DNA from: Escherichia phage vB_EcoM_PD205
DNA length: 64,000 bases
Strand: one strand, 5' to 3'
Sequence record: ON922919
The notes under the pieces: generated by a model
The model's database searches: none
Seen by the model: only the letters and a program-made list of their open reading frames with translations
What the model was told of the DNA's origin: nothing
Translations under genes and position numbers: made by a program
In this document: positions 55,965 through 64,000 of the stretch, one piece after another
How the letters are laid out: every line of letters starts with the position of its first letter
Numbering within the stretch: the stretch's first letter is position 1

Positions 55965-56495
55965 TTAGAAAATCAGATGGGAAGCTGCATAATACTCAAT
56001 AGAAGGCAGAATCTTCTCATACTGTTTTATTGCCATGGGATCACCAGCAAGTGTCCAGGCTGCTTCACGAGTACGTGGCAGTTCCTTGTACTTACCAGTT
56101 TGGTCTTGGGCTACCAGGCATTCAGGTAAAGCATCACGTACATCCTGATAGGACATACAACCACGAACCAGGCGATATACAGTCTGGTTCACAAGGTGTA
56201 CTTCCATAATCAGGCGACTGGAGGCTTTCAGATACTTGTCCATTGCAGGCCAAAGTTCTGGATTAAGTGTTAATCGTTCACCGTAGGTTGGAGGTCTGGC
56301 AGCATTAGAACGCTGATAGAACTCCCCTTGATAAAGAAATCCAGCCGATATATCAATACCATTGATACGGTCGTTCTTATCAATGATACCGTTTAACACA
56401 CTATCAAGACGAACCAGTTCTGCTAAGAACAGGTGTTTGACTATCTCACTGCTATTGGCAACCTGACCAATAGTCGCTGAACCAATCTGAGGCAT
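55965..56495 (-). CDS. hypothetical protein
   Basis: 176 aa; AAGGGAGGA RBS. Confidence 0.4.
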   Translation of the reverse strand: MPQIGSATIGQVANSSEIVKHLFLAELVRLDSVLNGIIDKNDRINGIDISAGFLYQGEFYQRSNAARPPTYGERLTLNPELWPAMDKYLKASSRLIMEVHLVNQTVYRLVRGCMSYQDVRDALPECLVAQDQTGKYKELPRTREAAWTLAGDPMAIKQYEKILPSIEYYAASHLIF

Positions 56496-56505
56496 ATATC
56501 CTCCC

Positions 56506-57816
56506 TTAGAAAGTTAGACCACCATACTTACTGGCAAGATTGCCATAAAACACTACTCGCTTACGGGCACGAGACACAGCGACGTAAAGCAGACGAGCAA
56601 CCATATCCGGTTGGCGACAGCTTGAGAGGTCATCTGCATCAATGAAGATTGTGTCGTAAGTAGAGCCTTGTGATTTATGGACAGTACATGCATGAGTAGC
56701 ACGTAGGTCTGGAATGGTTTCTTTAAGACGGAAGTAAGGTTCCCAGTTCTTCTCCTTACCTAGCCACTTAACCAAACGGTTGAAGTATTCTGGGTCGGTA
56801 GGTACTGGGACTTCACTTACAATACCACCATAGCCAAGGTCCAGAGTACTATCACGGACTTCCAGTTCCAGGTCACCTGTAACCTGAATCATGCGAGTAC
56901 TGCTATCCTGGTCGATGAGTTTTACGTCTTGCTCGATAGACAGACGGTCTTCCACACCTAAGCGAACAGCAGAGTTAGAAACTAACTGTTCACCGATGGA
57001 GTACTCACCCACGTAACCATTGGCTTCACGAATGTAGTTATTGTAATTAATAACCTGGTCATTTGTGTAAGCAACAATACGGCTGTTGGTGGGTTGAGTG
57101 AAGTGACTGAGAACCAGTTTCTCCATCTCTTCCCCCTGTACCCAGTCAATAATGCCTGGGATACACTTAATAGGCAGGAAACCTGTCTTACCTTCCACCG
57201 TATCACGTAATTGTTGGTTCAATGCTTTGAGTTCAGGTACATCGGTACGCATCTGTTCAGTCAGATAGTGTGTTGGGATATTACCTGCATATACCGGAGA
57301 CTTATTCTCTTTAACAGGCAGAAGCTGAGAAGCATCACCTACGAATACCAGCTTACACTGGTGAGTACCTTCACGAGCATACTTAAGTAACTGACGGTCA
57401 ATCATGGATGCTTCATCTACGAAGATGATTTTGTTCTTCTTAATATTGAATGATTTGGACGGTACGACATTAGCCTCACCAGTCTTAAAGTCATTCTTAA
57501 CAATCAATCCCTGGAAGGAATGATAGGTAGACGTTGGACGTCCAGTAGCCTGAGCCAGAACTTCAGCAGCTTTGTTCGTGGTCGCAGTCATAACAACTTC
57601 GTTATACAGGGGCTTGGTTCCCATAAGGGAGCAAGTTTCCATATATGCAGGCATTGTGTCGTCAATGAGGTGCGACATCAGGAATGTCTTGCCAGTTCCC
57701 CCAGGGCCACTAATATTGAATTCGGTAGCATTAGGGTTGAGCAGGAAGTCGAAGAACTCCTTCGCAACCGCTTCTTGCCCCTTGTTCAGTGGGGCTTTGG
57801 TAGGTTTGGAAAACAT
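56506..57816 (-). CDS. Dda/RecD-like superfamily 1 DNA helicase
   Basis: 436 aa; Walker A GPGGTGKTF, Walker B IIFVDEASMI, ATHACTVHKSQGSTYDTIFI and YVAVSRARKRVVFY helicase motifs. Confidence 0.75.
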   Translation of the reverse strand: MFSKPTKAPLNKGQEAVAKEFFDFLLNPNATEFNISGPGGTGKTFLMSHLIDDTMPAYMETCSLMGTKPLYNEVVMTATTNKAAEVLAQATGRPTSTYHSFQGLIVKNDFKTGEANVVPSKSFNIKKNKIIFVDEASMIDRQLLKYAREGTHQCKLVFVGDASQLLPVKENKSPVYAGNIPTHYLTEQMRTDVPELKALNQQLRDTVEGKTGFLPIKCIPGIIDWVQGEEMEKLVLSHFTQPTNSRIVAYTNDQVINYNNYIREANGYVGEYSIGEQLVSNSAVRLGVEDRLSIEQDVKLIDQDSSTRMIQVTGDLELEVRDSTLDLGYGGIVSEVPVPTDPEYFNRLVKWLGKEKNWEPYFRLKETIPDLRATHACTVHKSQGSTYDTIFIDADDLSSCRQPDMVARLLYVAVSRARKRVVFYGNLASKYGGLTF

Positions 57817-57849
57817 TAAAATCTCCAGTAAAAAACTCTCCGTAGAGGG

Positions 57850-58311
57850 TTAGATGTAAGGGGTTAAATCCGGGGGAGTGTAGTCTTTCCCTTTCATAAC
57901 TTTCATATTCTCATTGAAGACAGGTTCCCCATCTTCAAACTTAGAATAGTTTGAGCGATTAACTTCAGCCAATGCTCCAGGGACATTCATCCCAAGGAAA
58001 GTACCGACGCCAGTTGCTGTAACAATCTGGTCTGCCAGTGAATCCAGCAAAGCCAAGCGATTGCTATTTGCTGGGAAGATGGCCATGTGGTCTGCTTTCA
58101 TCAGCAGAGATAATTTACCCAAAGCAGCCTGTGCATCGGCTAACACTTGCATACTATCCTCGCAGGATGGGGTCAACTCATCTAACATTTCACATACTTC
58201 TTCCAGATGACAACCAATCTGGGTACTAATGTTCTTACTTGTTGGATTTGCTACTGCTTTCCGGAACCAGGCTTCCGTATTTGCCAGCGTACAAACGGAT
58301 GAACTTGTCAT
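57850..58311 (-). CDS. hypothetical protein (weak resemblance to all-alpha NTP pyrophosphohydrolase, EExxE-type)
   Basis: ORF track start 58317 is GTG; ATG 58311; HLEEVCEMLDEL motif; overlaps 3' end of upstream gene. Confidence 0.25.
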   Translation of the reverse strand: MTSSSVCTLANTEAWFRKAVANPTSKNISTQIGCHLEEVCEMLDELTPSCEDSMQVLADAQAALGKLSLLMKADHMAIFPANSNRLALLDSLADQIVTATGVGTFLGMNVPGALAEVNRSNYSKFEDGEPVFNENMKVMKGKDYTPPDLTPYI

Positions 58312-58630
58312 GCTCACTCTCTTGGTTAAGGTGGCGATTATTATATGCCTCCAGAATCAAGTCTCTTACATATGAGCGAATCTCATAAGCAGGACCAACT
58401 TGTTCTGACAGCCAATCAGCCACATGGGTTGGTAAAGGTCGTAATACGTTTTCCATGAACGTCCGACGTGTGTCGGCTGGTTCAATGTTTAGAGAACGCA
58501 ATCGCAAAGTGACTGTGGTTGGGTGAACCCCCAACGTCTTAGCGATAGTTGCGAGGGACAGACCAACAGCATTCATACGAATGATGTCTTCATCAGTTGC
58601 TTTGCGATTACTTCTGAATACTTTAGACAT
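58235..58630 (-). CDS. hypothetical HTH DNA-binding protein
   Basis: 131 aa; LSLATIAKTLGVHPTTVTLRLRSL helix-turn-helix-like. Confidence 0.4.
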   Translation of the reverse strand: MSKVFRSNRKATDEDIIRMNAVGLSLATIAKTLGVHPTTVTLRLRSLNIEPADTRRTFMENVLRPLPTHVADWLSEQVGPAYEIRSYVRDLILEAYNNRHLNQESEHDKFIRLYAGKYGSLVPESSSKSNK

Positions 58631-58692
58631 AGCTTATTTCCTCTTCAAAGATAGCCTCACTTTATTATAAGTGAGGCTATTTGAACAGGCTA

Positions 58693-60741
58693 TTACTTAA
58701 GGTGGTGCTTCAGCTTATCAATAGCTTTACACTCTTCTTCAGTAAGACCCATAGCAGCATATGACTTCTTAGCTGCACGTTTCAGGTCATGAATGGAGTG
58801 GGCTTTCTGATAATCGGACATACCACTATCTGCTAGGTAACCTCTGATGATGTTGGCATTAGTGCTATTAATAGCTGGCTTAGATTTAGTAGGTTTAACT
58901 GTCTTATCCTGCTTAACAGCTTTAGGTTTACCAATAGGCTTAGCTGTATAGGTTGCACGTACATCAGCAATCTTAGCTACTACATCATTACCCACATCGA
59001 ATAAAGCCCAAGGCTTACGAGCTTTACCACGCAGTTCTACCAGAAGGTCAGCAGCAGCTAATTTATCTTCTGGTGTTGTTGCATTAAGGAACTCTTTTAC
59101 TAGTTCCTGGATTTGTTCTTTCACAGTAGGAGCCTTCTTAATAACAGGTTTAAGGTCAGTAGCCTTCACTGGTTCAGCAGCTACAGCTTCATTCAGTGAC
59201 TCTTCCATATTCAGTGCTTCTTTACTAGCAACTGTACGAAATTGTTCTACGGAACCAGACGTGAGATTAGTGTATTTGAGGTTAGTACCATAATGACCAC
59301 CAACCATAATAAGTGTGGTAGGTGAACTATGATTCCCAACGATGGCATCATTAAGTAACTTCTTACCTACTTCTGTCTTAGACAGGTAGATACCGTTGTT
59401 AACGTTATTACGTTCCTCTTCTGGTAGTTCAGCAATAATATGATATGCAGATACACGCATCTTATCGGTGCTGTACTCAGGAACAGCAAATACATCTTCT
59501 GGTGCTACTTTACCAAGGATAGTTACATCACCACCGAAGCTACGGATATAGCTCATAGATGCTACATGTAGACCATTAGAGCAGTCCTGACGACGGTCAG
59601 GGTCTACCAGGTCTTCACGCACCTGCACTTTACAGCCTACCCATTGACGAATGTTACCTGAGTGACAGTCAACGAATACACGCTTACCACCATTTACCTC
59701 TTTATAGTTCAGACGTTTCAGGAACAGGATTGAACCATCATCAGCAATAGGTAGCTCAGCAGTCTCCATGAATTTCATCAGGTCTTCTACTGAGTGCAGA
59801 CGGTCTTTAATAACCGGAGCCAGACGCTCAAGGAACTTAGTAAAGCCCTTGTAGTCTTTCAGCTGGGCAGACTGACGTAAGTGACGATGCAGGTTTTCAA
59901 CTCCCGGGATAACCCCATTGTTGGTAACAGCAACAACCACTTCATCTTCTTTCACATCAGTGTGGAAATTAGCATCATCAGTACTGATAGCCCCCAATGC
60001 AGCCAGCTTCTCGGAAGCAGCAGCCAGCTTATCCTGGTTCGTAGTTTTAGCTACTTCCACATAGGGTAGTGGCGTTTCATCACGACTGGTAAATACAATG
60101 TGTACTCCTTTGATGTGTTTAGCTTGCTTAGCAAACTCACCCATTTCATCATCGGATACTGCACGAATTGCAATGGGCCATTCTTGTGCAAGAGTACGGT
60201 TGGTATGATCATAACCACAACGTAGCACGTCATTGATAAAACGAACCAGTGCAGGATGGTTATGGTCTTTGTCCCAACCAGTAACCCACATCAGGTTGTC
60301 ACGTTTGTCATAACAACCGTCTGCTACCGTTACTTCTGGTTCATTAGCCTGTACAGCCAGGAAGGTATCCATAGCTTTAGATACTAATGTCTTAGTAGGA
60401 TTGCCTAGCTTAATATCTGAGACGATTTGGGCAGGTTGAACACCTGTACCATCCTGGAAGAACTCTTTGAGTTTCGCTTTAGTTACCTTGAAGAAACGTA
60501 CGAATCCGTTAGTGTTCTTCTCTGCTTCCAGATATTCAGTACGCAGGCTTACTTCTGGTGCAATGTTTACTTCTATCCGGTCTTTGGTAGTTCCCAGACC
60601 TTTGGTTTGTGCTTCGGATACAATACGAGCAACTCGTGGGTCGCTCTGTGGATATACAATTGTGGAGCCATCAGGCTTCCACAGTGTAAGGTTACGACTG
60701 TCAACTGCCAGTGCGATGATAGAAATCAGTTCGATTTTCAT
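58693..60741 (-). CDS. rIIB: rIIB-like protein
   Basis: 682 aa ORF immediately downstream of rIIA-like gene (4 nt spacing); assignment by synteny and size, no motif search. Confidence 0.45.
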   Translation of the reverse strand: MKIELISIIALAVDSRNLTLWKPDGSTIVYPQSDPRVARIVSEAQTKGLGTTKDRIEVNIAPEVSLRTEYLEAEKNTNGFVRFFKVTKAKLKEFFQDGTGVQPAQIVSDIKLGNPTKTLVSKAMDTFLAVQANEPEVTVADGCYDKRDNLMWVTGWDKDHNHPALVRFINDVLRCGYDHTNRTLAQEWPIAIRAVSDDEMGEFAKQAKHIKGVHIVFTSRDETPLPYVEVAKTTNQDKLAAASEKLAALGAISTDDANFHTDVKEDEVVVAVTNNGVIPGVENLHRHLRQSAQLKDYKGFTKFLERLAPVIKDRLHSVEDLMKFMETAELPIADDGSILFLKRLNYKEVNGGKRVFVDCHSGNIRQWVGCKVQVREDLVDPDRRQDCSNGLHVASMSYIRSFGGDVTILGKVAPEDVFAVPEYSTDKMRVSAYHIIAELPEEERNNVNNGIYLSKTEVGKKLLNDAIVGNHSSPTTLIMVGGHYGTNLKYTNLTSGSVEQFRTVASKEALNMEESLNEAVAAEPVKATDLKPVIKKAPTVKEQIQELVKEFLNATTPEDKLAAADLLVELRGKARKPWALFDVGNDVVAKIADVRATYTAKPIGKPKAVKQDKTVKPTKSKPAINSTNANIIRGYLADSGMSDYQKAHSIHDLKRAAKKSYAAMGLTEEECKAIDKLKHHLK

Positions 60742-60745
60742 CAGA

Positions 60746-63310
60746 TTAGTTACCTTTCAGTTTATTTAGACGATTACGGTAGAGGGACTTAAACCCAGGA
60801 ATATCCTCTGGATTCTTCTTGAGGTGTTTGACTAAACTGCCTAAGTCCAGCGTCTGTAGGATGTCATTTTTATTCCAGCTATAACTGAATAATTCTTTGT
60901 AATCATTAAATACTTTAAAGTACTTATGGTTACGGGGATTAACCAGTTTTACATATGGCTCTAAGTCATCAACTGACTTAATACAACCCATTTCAACAAG
61001 TTTTTCTTTGTTGTCGTGTGGTCGATTTCGTAAAAAGTCATATGCCCATTCATACTCTGGTTTGAAAATCAGATTCTGTAAGGGTTTGAAGGTTAGACCC
61101 AGTATGTCGAGGATTTCCCAATACTCTCTGTCATCCAGTCCTACGTATTCCAGAATACCAATACGGTGTTCAGTAACATATTTCTTGAAGCCTTTGCTGG
61201 TAATAACAGGCATCAATTCGTTAAAGCGAACATCATCAATGTGGATAGCACCACGACGCTTAGCCTTGTTAGCTTCGATTTGATTACGGCAGACAACAGT
61301 CTCTGCTTTCATCTCATCAGATAACTCATACCATTTCCACATGGTTCCAATACTGGCAGTTACTGGGCTACCTGAACCAACCTGATTGGCTAGTACGTAG
61401 TACTTAGGTTGCTCTACTTCAATGAAACCATACTTTTCATGGCGACTTGGGTCAGCAAATTCCTTCTGAATATACGGCTTGGGTTCCCAATCTCCATTTT
61501 CATTCCGTACCTGGGTAGCACCAAGAACTGCATTCAATGAAATCAGAGCATTAGTTTTACCCCCTGCTTTGGTTTTATTGGTAGCTATCGTTTTAGCCCG
61601 TTTCTCAGCAGCTATCTTAGCCTGCTCTCTACGGAAGTTAGTTGGTTTGTCCCACTCATTGTATTGAGTAAGGTCAATTACCCGATAACCCATAGCAGTG
61701 AACTTAGCTACAGCTTCTTCTGCTGCACCCTTCTTAGGACCAACGACGTGAACAAAAGCTGTACGCTCCAGGTCACCTCGGTTGTATTCAGGGAAGTATG
61801 AGAAAGAGTCTGCACAATCAGATAAACGTCGGGTAACTACAACGTTCTTGGTAGTAAATATGCCAATACTCTGATGGGAGTTAAGATACGTCTTAAAGTA
61901 GTAAGTAAGATTACTCTTTACCAGATCTACAGTGTTACCTTGATTCATTATGTAACCAGACCACCTAACACCAGAAGCTTTTAAAGCAGCAAGCTGGGGT
62001 AAATGTAGATGACGGTATACTAAATCCTGAAATAATAATGCACTGTCTGTACGAGTATGCTTAAGAGCACGCATAGCCTTACCATACAGTTTCTTAAGAC
62101 CTGCATACTCAGGGCGAGCTAATAACGCCTTATTGGATAGGTTACGCCAGTGTTTGATGTGATGCTTACGTTGCTTAGCCCATAAACTGGAGGACATATA
62201 ACGTTGAACAATTGGGTCTGTAACAGCACTTAGGAATGATGGATATTCCCAAAAGCGAGTAGAGGATTTGGAGGCGTATTCTTCAGCTTGCTTAATAGCT
62301 TCAGGAATCTTAGCCTTAATCTCTTTCTCCATACGGTCTACTAAATCTACGCATAGAGTAGTAATACCATCGTCGGTTAACTTCTGGTTAGACAGTGTTT
62401 CACGACTAGGAGCAATAGCTAGAGTATCCGGTGCAGCCTGAACTACTAAATTAGATGCTCCAATAATATTCATGAAGTTGAGGATAAGACCTACAGCTTC
62501 TTCACTAGCTGGACTGGATACTATTGGGTACATTACGTTACCATAACGAACGAATATGTTACTGTTACCCATATAACCCTGATACCAGCTATCAGACATA
62601 TCATATGAACCGGGTTCAAATGACATACCTAGCGTATTCAGTAGAGTGTAGTCACCTTGCTGAATACTATTTCCTGCTTCTGTTTTAACTAGTTTAGGAA
62701 TGCTAAGTTCAGCTTTAATCTCACCGTTAAATACGATTGATGTGATGTAATGCACGAAGGTATTTACGTCATGCTTACCTAACTGGAATTTAACTTCCAG
62801 ACCAGATTCCTCAGTAGGAATATTGGTAACAATAGGAACAATGCCAGGCTTACCATCATTCTCAATCGCAGCCTTAGCTACGTTATATACTGACATCTTT
62901 CCTTGGTTCCATGAAGTAACCTGAAAGCTATCTGTATAAGCGAATGGAGATTTACACCCCAGACCAAAGCCACCAGTAACACTACTGTTGGACTTCTTAG
63001 TAGATGCACCATAGACACCATAAATGGAACCAATGAGTTCATCCGGGATTCCATTACCATAGTCACGGAAGGTAATAAAGTTGTCTGTATCAATGGTGAT
63101 ACGAATAGGAGTATCAGTCTTACCTGCTTCAATATGAGCATCCCAACTATTACAGATAGTTTCACGAACTACTGCCAAAGTGGGATTGTTATACAGGGAA
63201 GTACTTAATACATGAAAGAATGCCGGGTCATCAGAGATGCCAAAGGCAATTGTTTCTTTGCCACCCAGTGTCGCTGAGGTAGCTATTTCGTTGGTATCTG
63301 CAACTAACAT
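60746..63310 (-). CDS. rIIA: rIIA-like protein with N-terminal GHKL (histidine-kinase-like) ATPase domain
   Basis: 854 aa; N-box ETICNSWDA, G1-box RDYGNGIP, G2-box GGFGLGCKS. Confidence 0.65.
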   Translation of the reverse strand: MLVADTNEIATSATLGGKETIAFGISDDPAFFHVLSTSLYNNPTLAVVRETICNSWDAHIEAGKTDTPIRITIDTDNFITFRDYGNGIPDELIGSIYGVYGASTKKSNSSVTGGFGLGCKSPFAYTDSFQVTSWNQGKMSVYNVAKAAIENDGKPGIVPIVTNIPTEESGLEVKFQLGKHDVNTFVHYITSIVFNGEIKAELSIPKLVKTEAGNSIQQGDYTLLNTLGMSFEPGSYDMSDSWYQGYMGNSNIFVRYGNVMYPIVSSPASEEAVGLILNFMNIIGASNLVVQAAPDTLAIAPSRETLSNQKLTDDGITTLCVDLVDRMEKEIKAKIPEAIKQAEEYASKSSTRFWEYPSFLSAVTDPIVQRYMSSSLWAKQRKHHIKHWRNLSNKALLARPEYAGLKKLYGKAMRALKHTRTDSALLFQDLVYRHLHLPQLAALKASGVRWSGYIMNQGNTVDLVKSNLTYYFKTYLNSHQSIGIFTTKNVVVTRRLSDCADSFSYFPEYNRGDLERTAFVHVVGPKKGAAEEAVAKFTAMGYRVIDLTQYNEWDKPTNFRREQAKIAAEKRAKTIATNKTKAGGKTNALISLNAVLGATQVRNENGDWEPKPYIQKEFADPSRHEKYGFIEVEQPKYYVLANQVGSGSPVTASIGTMWKWYELSDEMKAETVVCRNQIEANKAKRRGAIHIDDVRFNELMPVITSKGFKKYVTEHRIGILEYVGLDDREYWEILDILGLTFKPLQNLIFKPEYEWAYDFLRNRPHDNKEKLVEMGCIKSVDDLEPYVKLVNPRNHKYFKVFNDYKELFSYSWNKNDILQTLDLGSLVKHLKKNPEDIPGFKSLYRNRLNKLKGN

Positions 63311-63353
63311 TTATTTACTCTCCAGATTAAATGTTGCTTCTTGGTTATGACTA

Positions 63354-63548
63354 TTAAGAATCTAATGCTGATTTACAGGATTCAAAGATTACTTTACGTA
63401 ATTCCCGTTCTTTTTCTGGTTCCTCATGAGGACTGTAACCAAAAGGACTGTTTTGCATAAAACTAGCCAGAATTAGTAAATCTTCTTCAGATAGACCATC
63501 AATAGTGATGGAGTATTGGTTTTTGCTTTTTACTGTAGCGTTAGCCAT
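63354..63548 (-). CDS. hypothetical small protein
   Basis: ORF track 63354..63605; ATG 63548 (8 nt overlap with upstream stop) preferred over 63605. Confidence 0.3.
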   Translation of the reverse strand: MANATVKSKNQYSITIDGLSEEDLLILASFMQNSPFGYSPHEEPEKERELRKVIFESCKSALDS

Positions 63549-63867
63549 TTCGTTTCCCCGCCATTGCTTGTAATACAAACACAGCCATATCTGATGCCAT
63601 GTCATCTGTTATATCGTTGACCGTCCCATAAGGAAGTGGGCCGTTCTCTTCCCAGTTATCTAATGTGTTTTGTACTTCAGCTAAACCAGCCTGAATCATT
63701 TCCTTACTTGGCTCCAGCCATAACTTGCGTTCCTCTGCCAGTGCAGCGATGCACATACATAGAGAGGCAATGTTTGCTGGACAAGCAGCAATATCACCGG
63801 TTACTGCAATCTCACTAAGTGGAACAGCCTTACCGGTTTTACTATGAATTACTTCAGGATTAATCAT
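63541..63867 (-). CDS. hypothetical protein
   Basis: ORF track 63541..63915 starts at GTG; ATG 63867 with GGAG RBS chosen. Confidence 0.3.
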   Translation of the reverse strand: MINPEVIHSKTGKAVPLSEIAVTGDIAACPANIASLCMCIAALAEERKLWLEPSKEMIQAGLAEVQNTLDNWEENGPLPYGTVNDITDDMASDMAVFVLQAMAGKRNG

Positions 63868-64000
63868 GGATTTGCTCCAGGTTATGGGCAGGGATAGGGA
63901 AGCATGGATAGTCACCTGTAGGGTCCAGTGTTACTGATACATGCAATGTATTTGTCATTTGGGTTAGCATCTGAGCAGCATTGAAATCATCCTGAATACA

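Noticed and set aside
1-64000. CRISPR arrays, integrase, transposase or toxin-antitoxin pairs
   Set aside because: No regularly spaced direct repeats and no ORF with recombinase or transposase motifs were seen; the genome looks strictly lytic.

Overview
This 64 kb window is a gene-dense segment of an N4-like (Schitoviridae-type) podophage genome, apparently from a circularly joined assembly. The defining feature is a giant virion-packaged RNA polymerase gene (3584 aa, 32149..42903 +). Layout: (i) 1..10065, minus strand: a T7-like two-subunit RNA polymerase II pair split by an HNH-AP2 homing endonuclease gene, followed by about 30 small early ORFs, with four N4-vRNAP-type hairpin promoters (stem-GGA-stem, core GCGGAGC) and UUCG-tetraloop terminators. 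(ii) 10237..42903, plus strand: late module with terminase, tail fibre/spike proteins, a lysis cassette (holin, SAR endolysin, embedded spanins), portal, scaffold, major capsid, internal virion proteins and vRNAP. (iii) 42904..46300: a largely gene-free, highly structured island with tRNA-like elements and long inverted repeats. (iv) 46300..63915, minus strand: replication/middle module (RuvC-like resolvase, SSB-like, P-loop ATPase, primase-like, PD-(D/E)XK nuclease, family A DNA polymerase split into two ORFs by an HNH endonuclease gene, Dda-like helicase, rIIB-like, rIIA-like). All calls come from reading the sequence and ORF translations by eye; no database search or folding program was run, and family names are from remembered motifs. 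No CRISPR array, integrase or transposase was seen. Best candidates for new biology: the split DNA polymerase, the structured non-coding island, a tandem array of diverged small early paralogs next to an HExxH mini-protein, and a compositionally foreign tailspike C-terminal domain.
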